Assembly: GCF_001194135.2 (NCBI RefSeq)
Contig: NC_068987.1
Coordinates: 35,636,651-35,700,650, forward strand
Length of the DNA stretch: 64,000 bases
Reading direction: 5' to 3'
Origin: Octopus bimaculoides
Taxonomy: Eukaryota
Shown: piece after piece, positions 13,950 through 27,620 of the stretch
Layout of the letters: every line of letters begins with the position of its first letter
Numbering within the stretch: the first letter of the stretch is position 1
The notes under the pieces: generated by a model
What the model was told of the DNA's origin: nothing
What the model saw: only the letters and a program-made list of their open reading frames with translations
Databases searched by the model: none
Program-made: the position numbers and the translations under genes

Positions 13950-14540
13950 CCAGGTTACTCATCATTGGATTCCCCTTTTTTATATTATGGTAACAGCTTA
14001 TGGACTGGGTAGAGAGAGGCAAGTTGATGAGGTTTTTACTTGCTTAAGTGTTACAAAAAATATTTTTTAAATGTTATAGTGTTTTAAGATTTTGTCTTTA
14101 CATGATGAAATTAGCTGTTTCAGTTCGGAATTTGGTACATGAATGTAAGAGCGTGGTAAGATTCATGAATACAAATTGGTTGGGTTTGTTGTTAGTTCTG
14201 TATGGTTGTGCTTGAGAGAGTATTTTCCAACTGATACTACACGGAGTATTTTTTTATATGCCTCAACTTATGACTGTTGCAATAATTTATAAATATACTC
14301 AATAAAATACTCGGTAACAACAAATTTTTCTGCATCTCGCCATAATCCGACAAGTCCCCTCCCCGGGATTACCAGCTACTTGTGCGAGACTTAGCCCGGA
14401 CATTTTAAAGCTTTCAATTGCTTGCTTGAATATTGATGGAGAAATGAGCAAATTCACCGTGGGAAATTATTGATACTCTTACGTTCTTTTGGCTTATTTT
14501 AGCAGTAGTCCGTAGAGCTAAAATATTTTTTGCAAAAGTG
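13950..14540 (-). mobile_element. Highly decayed Penelope-like GIY-YIG C-terminal relic
   Basis: SWKILSQAQPY and LISSCK motifs resemble the PLE endonuclease tail (W.I...A.PY…ELISKCRH). Confidence 0.4.
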
Positions 14541-14559
14541 ATGAATGTATTTGGTCGTC

Positions 14560-15605
14560 AAACAAAAAATTTGGAGAAAAGAAGAAAATCTTTGCGAATG
14601 TTTTATAAATTTAAGGAATGGTTTTATTCAATAATGTATGCACCCATATTGTCAATACACATTTGCCATTTCAACTGTAGCTTGTCCAACCCGGAGCTGT
14701 AAAAGCCTGGCAAACTAAAGTAAATAAAATCTTAGAAGGCGTGTTTCACAGCATCGTCGGAATTCATTGTTTTTTTATCACAAAATTATCCAAATTCTGG
14801 AAGAAGTGATAGTCAGTGGGAGCAAGATCAGGTGAGTATAGTGGATGATGGACAACTCCCAACTCCAACTCCTGTACTTTCACTAATGTCATTTGTTGAC
14901 GTGTACTCTGGTGTTGTCTTGCAATAAAATAGGAGTGGATTTGTTGATTAATCTAGGCTCTTTTTTCTGCAATTTTCTGAATCAGTTGGTCCAGTTGGCT
15001 GCAGTATACGTCGGCAGTGATTGCCGAGCCAGGTTTAATGAAATCATAATGAATCACACCTGTACCAGCCCGCTAAACACACGCCATCAACTTCTTTTGA
15101 TGAATTTTGCATTTTGGACTGTGTTTTGGACTGTGTTTTGTGGAACCCACTTATCCAAATCTTCACTTTACCGATTTGAATTAGTTGAGTCAATAACACC
15201 AAACAATATCGATAACTTACGGGCACTTTGTGATGGATCTGACTCAACAGTGGCATTCAGTTTGTCATTATCCGCCTTTGTTTCTGGTCGACCACGTTAC
15301 TCATTTGTGAGATCAAAATTACCAGAACGAAGTTTTGCAAAACAATTTGATACTGATTGCTGTGTAATAACATTAAAATGAAATACTCCGTTAATATTCC
15401 GAGCTGTCATTGATGCTAGATTTCCATGAAAGAACTCATATTTCAAAACTGTAGGAATTTCCGACTTATCCATCTCTAAACAAAATAGCAAAGAACGATT
15501 TATAAATACTTTATAAAACGCAAAATGAGTTAGAATAATGAAATAAATGTGTCAATTTTGTAAGAAAAATAAAGATAGTCAAAATATAATTATGGCACCA
15601 AATGA
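14560..15605 (-). mobile_element. Mariner transposon relic
   Basis: MDKSEIPTVLKYEFFHGNLASMTARNINGVF…RGRP…DKWVP…ILLQDNTRVH…HPLYSPDLAPTDYHFFQNLDNF…KWQMCIDNMGAY; TIR-like TTGGTGCCATAATTAT (rc) at ~15587-15602. Confidence 0.92.
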
Positions 15606-15794
15606 GCAGCTGTCAAATTTTACCATATACCTTACTACAAATTTCATACTTGACGACCTAATACCAAAAGACGTTCTATTGGAAATCAAGAAAATATTTT
15701 GCAGCATCCAGTGTATACGAGGTTTCTAAATATTTTCCACCACAAAAAAATTATATCAAGAAGAATTATTTTCATGTATCCTATTGCCTAAACC

Positions 15795-16165
15795 GTGGAG
15801 GCGCAATGGCCCCTGCGGACTCGCGGTTATAGGATCACGGTTTCGATTTCCAGACCGGGGGGATTGTGAGTGTTTATTGAGCGAAAACACCTAAAGCTCC
15901 ACCAGGATCCGGCGGGGGATGGTGGCGAACCCTGTTGTACTCTTTCACCACAACTTTCTCTCACTCTTCCTGTTTCTGTTGTTCCTGTAATTGAAAGGGT
16001 CAGCCTTGTCACACTGTGTCACGCTGAATGTCCCCGAGAACTACCTTAAAGGTGCACATGTCTGTGGAGTGCTCAGCCACTTGCACGTTAATTTCACGAG
16101 CAGGCTGTTCCGTTGACCGGATCAACTGGAACCCTCGACGTCGTAAGCGACGGAGTGCCAACAAA
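15795..16165 (+). mobile_element. tRNA-derived SINE, family C (GTGGAGGCGCAATGGCCC…GACGGAGTGCCAACAA) with 12-bp TSD
   Basis: B-box-like GGTTTCGATTTCC; perfect direct repeat ATTGCCTAAACC at 15783-15794 and 16166-16177. Confidence 0.92.
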
Positions 16166-19100
16166 ATTGCCTAAACCAGCCCGCAAAACTGTTGCTGAAC
16201 AGGACAATGGGACAATGAATGCATCCTAAATATTGTTAATACTAATATACTTTCCCATACATCATTGTCATAACATCGATGCAAGAAATATCTGGGTGAA
16301 TTTATTTGCACAGAACTGGTAACGCACTGAGGAATTAAGTAATGGTTATCTCAAAGTGATTTATTTAGTAATCAAAGAAACTTTGAAATTTTGAATTAAA
16401 TTCCTGGATATGCAATTGTATTTAAAAGATGAGAGTTGGTCACGCACTTTTATATTTTATAAGCAGCTTTACTTTCCACATGATCAAACACAAGACAGTA
16501 GTTCCACAAGTGATTTCCCTCGTCTTAAATCACAGCAAAGGTCATTTGAGTATTACCCGATACACGGATCTCAATGCTCGTGACAATTTACTGAATGACA
16601 GCAAAAATAGAGACGATAACTCTGGTAGTGGTGCTACATCTTACTCGTTTCTCTAAAATTTACTCCTCACTGTAAAATGACTGCAATTTTCCATAAGATC
16701 TACATTTGTTATGCCGATAAATACTAGTCAAAGAGAGGTATATATCGGTATGACTCCGATTCCAGTGTTCACAAATACCCAATTTTATATAGTCATCAGT
16801 TGAGAAACATGAAAGTGTTATTGATGTAAAAGTATTCAATTGCACAGCCAGAAAGATACATGATAAAGATGAATACAAAACCTGACTAGAAGTCTTGTTT
16901 GTTGAGAAGTCATATAAGCAACAATAAATATTATAGAATTTATAAACTCTTTTGCAGAATGTAAATGAAAATATTTAAAAACAAGTACGTTTATTTATAC
17001 AGTTCTAACAGATTATTTATTGAAAGTTCACTAACAAAGACAAAGTAAATCTCAATAATTTGATATTCAATAAATGAAAACATCATATACATCTACTCAT
17101 TTTTTGGAAATTGAAAGTAGTGCAACGTTAATAAATTTCTAATTCTTTCAAAGAATCTTTATATTGAAACTGAATAACATTTATATAAATTTATCATTTT
17201 AAATGGACGAATAAATTTAATTGAAGATGATGCATTTTTGCCTGCGGGGTAGTAAATAGTAAATATAAAATAATAAAGAAAATATAGAACGAATGAATGC
17301 TACATTTATGAGTTACGTACATGAACACTGAAACGAATTGACAGGTTCATCAGTATCAGACAAGTGTCTGATACAACATTGAAGGATGTGTTAAGCAAAC
17401 AACATCCAACAACTCGTTCTCTCTAGTACAGAGAACTATGAAAAAAACATAGCTGCGGTGATATATTTCTGATGGTTTTCTGGTTTGTATCATATTGCCA
17501 CAAGTTTAATTACATTATAAACAAAATGTTTTGACCTTTAAACTGGAAGCTAAATATATACTAAACTGCCAATTCCAAAACGTGTTATGGCTTTATCATA
17601 TATTTTGGGTAAAAATAAAAATGCGGGGGAGGTTCCGCCCATCTGTAGTAATATTTTTACTTAGTTATACATATATATATATATAGCCTGAATCCTTGTG
17701 ACGGAAATATGTCGATAGAAAATAATTGGAAATGTCTATTAAGAGATGAGCTTTCTGAGATTTTTGTCAGTGAACAAGATTCTGGGGTAGATTACATTCC
17801 ACGCCAAATCATCCATTATCACCATAAAACATTATTGTCTTACCATAAGTAGAGCATTCAACAATAAATGGCCGAGAGGAATACATAAAACATTATTAAA
17901 ATATAATGTTTAAACGCGTCTGTTTAATTAGATACACAATTTACGTGATTTCAAAATAGTGTAGCTACAAGATATTAGTTTTCAATTACATCTACATAAG
18001 AATGAACAACATCAACGATAGAAAAAATTTTTTTTTCAGTTTGTTAATTTGTTCATTTATTCATCTGTTTACTTTTTGTGATTTTTTATGTTTTTCATTT
18101 ATTTATTGAAATACAGTAATCTTAAACTAAATTCAAATTTTTCAAAAATTTCCTTTCGAAAGAAAATTAATTACGTGTAGAATAAATGATTAATCTCTGT
18201 TCTTTACTGAAGCCGGTTCGTGCTGATATTTCCAGAGTTTTCTCTTCAAAGTTATTAAGAATCAATATCTTCTTGTTCCAGCGTTTTCCTCAATCTGATT
18301 TAAATTTCACTGAGACGAAAATAAACAAAGGTTTCCATATATATTTTATCATCTTAATTAGGGGAATGTTTTTCTTTCGGTATGTTTTTGTATTGTTTTC
18401 ACTGTTATTTGTTTTTTGTTTATCAACCATTTCTGCTCTCTGACTCACCTCTATCTCTGTCTCCCCCTTTTCCGATGTGTCTCTCACAGTTGTATCTCAT
18501 AGATAAAATGTGTATAATTGAGAAGAAAAAGAAAACAGCTAGAGGTGCTATGATTAAAGTTTTACTACATAGATATAATACTGACAAACATTGCTTATAA
18601 ATAAACAAAAAAGAAAGACGTCTTTGTGAATGGTATCAGATGTTGTGATATACATGCATCTGTGAAGATGTTCAAAGTTGTTAAGAATTAAAATATACGC
18701 TACAGAAACGTAATAGTAGATATTTTAATGCTATAATGAGGAATCAGTATGTACTTTATACTTCGGTAATGAATTATATCTCTGTTTATATACATCAAGG
18801 TTAATGGTTCAGTGAAAGACAACGCCATAGATACTTACGTAATTATTTTGAACGTAGTCAATGCTGCCAGAGTTATTACATTTCGACATTGCCATGTAAT
18901 GGGATGGAGTTAAGTTTATTTAGGAAGATGTATCCCAATCATTCAAGGAAAAATACACTAATGTATTTTTGTTAAGTATTAATGAGTAAGATGATAGGAA
19001 ATCTGTTTGACGATAAATTGAGGTTATGTATTGTAATCAATTTCTTTTTCATATTTTATTTAGGACAGGACGTACTGTGTCCAACATCAGAAGAGTGTTT

Positions 19101-22100
19101 CGATCTATTGTATTCAAAAGATTGCACTTTGCTAAATATACCAAAGAAGCGGATGAGAGTATGACACTAGAACAAGAAGGCTAAATAGTTCCTCACATGG
19201 CGCGAATAGAAAATATCTCTCCAATGAAAACGCGGTGAGGCTGAACCTGAAAACTCACATGTATACATGGGTCCAATGTGAGATGTTCTTCAGTAAGCGT
19301 CAGTGTGAATTGAACAAAAATTTAAATAAATTTTCAAGGGACTATTAGATTACATTGGGAATGTACGTGAATTAATGTCTCTGATACCAACTTGCATTGT
19401 TTAATAATAGCTGTCTTGCTCTGTAAACGAATACCTATTTACCAAGTTAGCTGGAAACATGGAATTGGTTTGCAAGGGAAAATAGAATGAAACGGGGGGA
19501 ATTATATTTAGACGTAGCAACAATAAGAAACTCTTACACTGGGGGCAAAGTAGCTAACATAATATTATGGCAAAGTATGTTTCAAAGGTCATACACCTAA
19601 CTAATTACCGAGAGAAACCTGACACATACCAGAAATTGTACGAACCAATTTGTATCATGTAAATTTTGGGATCCACTATTGGAAAAGTGGGTTATGTATT
19701 TGGCCTTCTTAGGCCACCGTAAAACAGAAGTCTATGAAGGTGATTTTCTTTCTGAACAGGCGCACAATGACTTCTGCAAGAAATGCACATACAAAGAAAG
19801 ATTCACTACTGAAATTACAATGCAGGCTAAGTTGGAAATTTTCCATGGCTAGTTATGTACAAACTTCATGAAACATTTTACATTCAAACTTGATCGTATG
19901 ATATTCTAAAACTGAAGCACATGATTTGCAACCAAATTTGAAAATATCTTTAAGGAGATGCTCTTAACAAATGACAATTAAAGGAGCCTGTAAACATAGT
20001 TGTGATGATAAAAGTAACATAGTTTAAGAGGTAAATATGAAAAGAACTGGTAGTTTCAAATTACTTTATTTGAAGATCTATATATTTAAGTTTAAATAAC
20101 TTAATAACTTTAAATAAACTAGTGGGTTTAATGCATAATGTTCAACTGTGACGTGAAGGTCTGAAACCTGAGTTCAGCATCTCTTTAACACAGGTAATTG
20201 ATACACAATGAAGGTGCTGATAGCGTGAATAGGAACAACATAGGTGATCGTGACAAATTTCAGGAAAATACTGATTAATTATTTTAAAGCAAATGAAAGG
20301 TTTCCAAATGACAAAAACAATATTATTTGTAGATTGGTTTGTGAATCAAGTACGAAATATTGGACGGGATTAATTTTTTCGATGCACATTATATCATGTC
20401 CTTTACAATAAATAAAGGATGTGTGTCACTACGATGATTATAATCTACTGTCGCAAAAATCACTCTACCAGACAAAAGTTACATTTAATTTATGATTTTG
20501 CTAAATGCAATCTGTCGCCGTCATCATTGTGCATCTTATGAAAATATTCTGTCTTGGTTTATAAAGGATAAATAGTAAAATATATTCATGCCCTTTGCTT
20601 TTTCTCAACACATAATGTGATGTAGGACAAAGAATGACGTGCGTTCCCGTATATTTATTTATCTCCCTCTAATGACACATAACCATAACTCGTAATTTAC
20701 GGGGGAGGGAGAAAATTCAATTACAATATTCGAAAGAATGTTTAACGAAACGATCAAAGTAATAGCCAAGAGGAGATAAATGTTTGTCTTTCAATGAAAC
20801 AGATGCAACTAAAAGAAGCAAATTATTTTGTAATCCAAACTGTAGATGATAATAAAATCCACGTTAACTTCCGAATAGACGTATTATCATTGCATTTTAA
20901 TTCTATAGATTCATCTTCGCAATCGCAAGGATAAATTGCAGAAATTGTATATATACGCGTTTCAAAATAATTCATGCGTGTTTGTGTGTACAAGATACTG
21001 TTCCGTCATCTCTCACGACTGTGAGACACATAGACTTAATAAATTTAGGAAACAATCTCATATATACTTTTAACCACTTACACTTGCGCTCTAGTGATGA
21101 TGTCTTAGATGCTTTCCTAAATCCAATCGCGATTCCTTATAAACTTAATGAAAAACTCACATATAACATTTCGTTCATCTCATTATAGTTTCCAAATGTA
21201 TTATAAACAATATCATCTATAGAGTATTTCATTTCTTCTGAGAAAATAATAAATAATGCATTCTCGTACGAAAAGAATGATCTGGGTATCAATACCTTCA
21301 AACAAGATATAAATTTCAATTTACAATTAGAAATCAGAAATTTCAAAATAGTTTCAGAATGATTATATTGTTCGCTCCCATTTCTCTTTGAGTGTTAAAA
21401 TTAATGGTACCTTGAGGTACATAAATATATTTTCTAGAAATTGAATGAAAAGTTCATACTGCAGCTGTCCCAATATGAACATGATATTATCACTTGCATG
21501 TAATAGCAAGCACCGAATATGTTACACTCGAGTCCTAGAGACTTGACCAGCCGACCAGGCGTGGATGATTTACTCAGTTGTTTATGAAGATGACATCACT
21601 GTAATGTTACAGAATGAGAAGAATCAAAAGACATACTACATTGTTATATGCTGAAGTGACTTTAGAAATGCTACGCTAACAGCCAGTCTTCTTTATCACG
21701 TGTGAAGAAGAATATAGTCGCTAATTTGTCTAGAAATAACCGGCATTTGAATGTCGATTAATCGCCAAACGCCATCAAGTGGCGCATCCTGAGATAATCC
21801 ACACCATAGGTTGATGAAACAAAGAAAGCAGGCTTTGTTTAGCTGAAACTTTACTTCTTTTTAGATGGAAGACTTCTACTGACATAATAAATTTCAGATC
21901 TGTTAGTTGTATTAAATGTAAGCTCTTCAAATTTCTGTCCTTGAACTGGAAATACCACCTCACCGGATTAAACATTTACTCCCACAAAATTTGCTTTTCT
22001 CCCCATTGAATTCATTTCTACAAACCATATTGATTTTTGTTGAAAGTTGTCAAACTTATGAAACTTTGAATTTTCTTTTTCTCATTCTTTTTGTTTTACA

Positions 22101-23057
22101 TTTTTCTCCTCCTTTCTGGGTGTTTTCTAAACAGCAACGTACTTTTCAGCTTCTTTCAAGACGAGCGTCCTTTCTCATTTTTAGAAAAAGACCAGCAACG
22201 AAATAAGAGCTGAATCTCACATCAACGCTATATAATATGTTGTTGTCTGCTCATGCACTGATGTCGCAAATATCCAGTTGGATTATTAGAAATGTGTAAC
22301 ACTGACAGAAGCAGTACAATCTTTATGTCGAACACAAGCTGAAAAAGAAAAATGCCACCAATATCTGTGTAGATCACACAAGCCAACAGTCGAAGGAATC
22401 ATCATTTTTACTACACAGTAACCTTGCCATGGGTGCAAAGGATATATTTCTAAGTCTGTGTTGAATATGTTTTTGAATACATTACAATTTGAATTTTTAA
22501 TAAAACATTGTATATGTTCAGATGTTGACATCAAAATATCAATAACTTCATCTGATCAGACGTCTTCTCATCAGATATATCATTTATCTTTTCTGTTATT
22601 GCCTGAATCAGGTATTACAGTACTTTACGTATTACATTATAAGAATGTTCAAGTGTAACATGGTTCAGATACTGAGCAACAATTTGCATTATATGTATGT
22701 AACGTGTGTATAAAAATATGTTTGATGCTGTACACATAGACATTCATTATGCGTGTGTATGTCTGTGTATTCTATATATATGTATATACATTAACTATAT
22801 GTATACATATCTATACGCTTTACCTTCATTTATTACTATGTACACGTATTACATACATCTGATAGAATGCGAAATATTTATGAACATACTGTGTGTAGTG
22901 AATTTATGTATGAATATATTTGTAATGCCTATAGTTATGAATGTGTATATAATTGCAGTAAGAATATGTGAACACATTAGTTATATACATAGAAACATAC
23001 GTATGTTTAATAGGTGTACGTATAAATGTACATATGCAGTAAGTATACAAATAAGTA

Positions 23058-23860
23058 TATATATATATATATATATATNNNNNNNNNNNNNNNNNNNNNN
23101 NNNNNNNNNNNNNNNNNNNNNNNNNNNNNNNNNNNNNNNNNNNNNNNNNNNNNNNNNNNNNNNNNNNNNNNNNNNNNNNNNNNNNNNNNNNNNNNNNNNN
23201 NNNNNNNNNNNNNNNNNNNNNNNNNNNNNNNNNNNNNNNNNNNNNNNNNNNNNNNNNNNNNNNNNNNNNNNNNNNNNNNNNNNNNNNNNNNNNNNNNNNN
23301 NNNNNNNNNNNNNNNNNNNNNNNNNNNNNNNNNNNNNNNNNNNNNNNNNNNNNNNNNNNNNNNNNNNNNNNNNNNNNNNNNNNNNNNNNNNNNNNNNNNN
23401 NNNNNNNNNNNNNNNNNNNNNNNNNNNNNNNNNNNNNNNNNNNNNNNNNNNNNNNNNNNNNNNNNNNNNNNNNNNNNNNNNNNNNNNNNNNNNNNNNNNN
23501 NNNNNNNNNNNNNNNNNNNNNNNNNNNNNNNNNNNNNNNNNNNNNNNNNNNNNNNNNNNNNNNNNNNNNNNNNNNNNNNNNNNNNNNNNNNNNNNNNNNN
23601 NNNNNNNNNNNNNNNNNNNNNNNNNNNNNNNNNNNNNNNNNNNNNNNNNNNNNNNNNNNNNNNNNNNNNNNNNNNNNNNNNNNNNNNNNNNNNNNNNNNN
23701 NNNNNNNNNNNNNNNNNNNNNNNNNNNNNNNNNNNNNNNNNNNNNNNNNNNNNNNNNNNNNNNNNNNNNNNNNNNNNNNNNNNNNNNNNNNNNNNNNNNA
23801 TATATTTATATATGTATAAATGCATATGTACACCTATGTATACATACACACACACATACA

Positions 23861-23920
<60 letters not shown>

Positions 23921-23930
23921 CATATATATT
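23058..23930. other. Assembly gap (N 23079-23799) flanked by (AT)n and (CA)n
   Basis: Run of N; the long X-containing ORFs here are artefacts. Confidence 0.99.
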
Positions 23931-24476
23931 TACATACATACATTAAATATTTGTATGTGTGTGTGTTTGAGGGTATTAGATATAGAATAACGTCTTTTTA
24001 TCTTTTGTGTTTTCATTTCAGTATGGGAATACAGCCATGATGGCTCAACGCTTTTAGGTATTTTACTGAAAGAAATCGCCCTCGGTGCTTATTTTGTACT
24101 TCTGATATTTATATTATTATTCACTTATGCCAAACCACCAGATGACAGGTTCGTAAACATATCAAAGCTGGCTGTTAAAAGGTGACGGGGTACAAATAGA
24201 AATAGAGAGACATGCTTATCAATCTATCTATCTATTTATAGCAAGTTTTTGGAGGGGTACAATTGTATAATGCAAAACTGGATTAATTTATATTTGGGCT
24301 AATCTATTTTTTTAAACCATTCATTAGTTCCAAAAGTTGTTACCTAAGATTCACCCGCCTTGATTTCTTGTTCTTGTTTACCATATATTTTCGTGTGACT
24401 TTCTCGTGAATTCCCGTAAGTTTTCTTGTTTTAATCTAAAATAGATTCGAACATCCTTATTTTTGATATCATTGTG

Positions 24477-24953
24477 GTCACGTGATCGATGCTTGAGCCT
24501 GACTTGCCATTTTTCTTTCTGGATTCACAGTGGAAACATAGCGGCTCCACTAGCAATATGCACCAAATAAGAACAAAGGGCAGTGATCCGACAGATGGGC
24601 GTGGTGAACCGGTCCAACATTATTATCTATCGAGCTAGCAGGATCTTCTCGTCGGTGGTGGATGTTGACGGGCGTCCAGTTCCGTTTTCGTGCGAAACTT
24701 TTAAACTTCGTCCGGTTACTTTTAAACTTCGTCCGGTTACTTTTAAACTTCCCATCCACTGATACGCACTTTTCACGTATTCTGCTAAAAGCCTCAGATG
24801 AATTTCAGCACCTGACACACGTTTCGACCAGAGAAATCGGTTCACTGCTCTTTGTTCTTCTTTGGTGCACATAGCTACTTGAGTGGCTATGCTTACACTG
24901 TAAAACCAGAAACAAAAATGGCAGGATCAGATTCAAATGTCGATCACGTGACT
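24477..24953. mobile_element. Rearranged mariner relic: two transposase 5' ends in inverted orientation
   Basis: Minus strand MCTKEEQRAVNRFLWSKRVSGAEIHLRL…GRPSTSTTDE; plus strand AAPLAICTK*EQRAVIR; arms 24477-24591 and 24837-24953 are inverted homologues. Confidence 0.85.
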
Positions 24954-25059
24954 AGAATAGTTCCAACTATGAGCACGCTTGTGCAAAAGGCAATGTGACA
25001 ATAATAAATATATGTTATGATGAAAGTGGTGATAATTTTTAACTTGCCCTAAGACTATT

Positions 25060-27220
25060 GAGATTCAAAGCCTCAGGAAAGTAATCTCGACTTCTCACCA
25101 AAAGACATCCTATACCGACAAAACACGAATACTTAGAACAACTATCAGCCAACACAAGCTCCTTCATAAGAAGAATGAGAATGAAAGCACTCTCCTACAG
25201 CGCACAAGAGTGCCAGAAGGAAGAAAACGCACCCAAGAAAGAATTCAAATCCCTGAGAAACCAACCAACACACCAATATCAGACACAATTTGAAGAAGAA
25301 CTATGCAAAAAAGAAAATAATAAAGAATATCAGATTCAGGAAATACCCAAGTTGGAACAACGAACACCAACAGAAATTGAAAAAATATTGGAGGTTTTTA
25401 AAACTGCAAACGGAATACTAGTGCCTGCCAGAAAGACCGGTAACCTTTATACTGTAAGCACCACACTATATGGTAATTTAGTTACAAAAGGAATACTTAG
25501 CAAATACAAAACAACGCCTTAACTACTATAAACAGCAAAGGATTTGAAATAGTAAACAGACTAGAGGTAGACGATAGGACGTAACCATATGTCCCAGGAG
25601 AATGTAAGATAAACCTTAAAGACCAGAAAAATAAATTTGATAGCGACCATAAATTCGGGATAATGTGTCTATCAAAATCAGACATAAGCAAAGACATCAC
25701 AGATAATATAATTGCTCGAACTAAAAATTAAGATTGGACTGACACTAAGAGGGTTTAAGTAAACAGCAAAAACAAAATGCTCCAAATTTATGCAATTAGA
25801 TATAGATAGCTACTACTCAAGAATTAACGCTATATTACACAATAAAGCAGTCATATTTGCAATTAAAAACTGTAGCTTATCTAAATCAGATGTATACATG
25901 ATATTAGCAGCACGAGAAATCGTTATTAATTGCAAAAAACTATGGAGGAGATCAGTTTGGACGAATTCCTTCGATGTACCAATGTGGTCCAGCGATTCAG
26001 ATCATGTCACGGATATCGTAAGAATTTACATTTTATTCCACATCAAAAATTCATTTTCACAAATAGCTGGGATTCTGTACAGAGACCATGCCATTTTCGT
26101 AATAGATAATTGTACTAAAATAGAAATAGAAAGCTAAAGGAAAAAAATGCAGAAATTATCTAAACTTTTCGGCCTATCTATAACTATAGACAGTAATTAA
26201 CTTGAGGTAAATTTCCTATATATCACTTTTACCTTAGAAACAGGGGTGTACGAACCGTGCCACAAAACGAAGGAGTGTCTTAGATATACAAATGTAAGGT
26301 CCATTCATCCACAATCCATGACCAAAGGAATAGTTAGGAACATAGCCACCAAAATATCACGCCTATCAGCCACCTAGACAGTATTCAACTTACACGGAAC
26401 TTACTACAATGAAGCACTAGCCAGGACCGGGCATAAGGAAAAGATGACGCTCACACCTGGGGTTACTCTAAATAATACTAACAACTATGCACCTAAAGTA
26501 GGAAACGCCCAATATGAAACAACAACAAACGCATAATAAAAACACAAAAATCCAAGGCACAATGGAAAACATAGGAAAAAAAATAAACAAAATCCAAAAG
26601 AATAACAATAACTGCAGAAAGGACACACACAATGCCAACAATACACAAAATCGGCTGAAGGAATCGGAAAAATAATGCAAAAATTCAGAGGTCCTCTGGC
26701 ATAACACAGTTTTCGGATTTCAAATTATTATTGAAGATAGATAAACAATTCTTTGCCGCGTTTGATAGGTACTTCCCTATAACGCATAATTACCATCGTA
26801 ACTTCAACAAACACACGGTGAAAGTATCGTATGCCACATCCCAAAACATGGAGTACTACATGCACAAATACAAGGAAAAAATATGTATATATATAGATGG
26901 AAACAACGACCACATGCAAACAACGACCAATTACAGGTCTGTTATCACAACCACATCTCCTCATTCCGAAAGACAAGCCGGCGACACGCAACATCATTAG
27001 CGGACCTAGTATAAATAGTTAAAGAAGGAAAATAAAATATGAAATAGAATGGTCAATAATAAAAAAAATGCAGACCCATATTATACACTATCAAGTGTAT
27101 GTGAGTTGTGCCTTTACTAAGCCTTGTGCATCCTGTTATGCGACGAAAACTTGGTAAACAAGCATGCTGAGAAAATACGGAGTTGTTCCCACCACGCCAA
27201 ATATGCATTTCCAAATTCAG
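25060..27220 (+). mobile_element. Near full-length but decayed Penelope-like element
   Basis: DFSPKDI…SFIRRMRMKA, NLKDQKNKF, QLDIDSYYSRI, KQFFAAFDRYFPITHNYHRNFNKHTVKVSYATSQNM, WSIIKNADPYYTLSSVCELCL. Confidence 0.88.
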
Positions 27221-27620
27221 GGCAGTGAAATAATAATAATAATTTAGTGAACTGTCTCCCTCTCCATTTCCCTTTATCCATGCGTCCATGTGTCTGGTTG
27301 TATTTCTATATACACGTATACGTGCCTGACTGCATGTTTACCATGTATTAAGTTATATACCTACAAAAGTAAATATATATAGATTTGTGGGGGTATGCTC
27401 GCTCGGGCATCTGTGTATGTATATGTGTGCATGTGCATGTATGTGAATATTTTTGTATATGTATATGTATGTGAGTGCGCGTACATATCCGTATATGTGT
27501 GTGCGTGTGAGTGTATATATGTATGTATATATGTATAAAATTATGGACTGCGACCATTACATAAATAGCATTTTCAGGATTAAATAAAAGGAAGACAACT
27601 AACGGAAAATAAGACATGCA

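Noticed and set aside
17321-17352. CTGATGA on the minus strand (also at ~22570, ~35250, and on + at ~50067)
   Set aside because: No stem II plus GAAA follows, so not hammerheads.
19200-19250. Minus-strand frame FSLTAFSLERYF resembling a GPCR TM3 ERY motif
   Set aside because: Very short, other frames are equally open, and no other TM-encoding exons were found.
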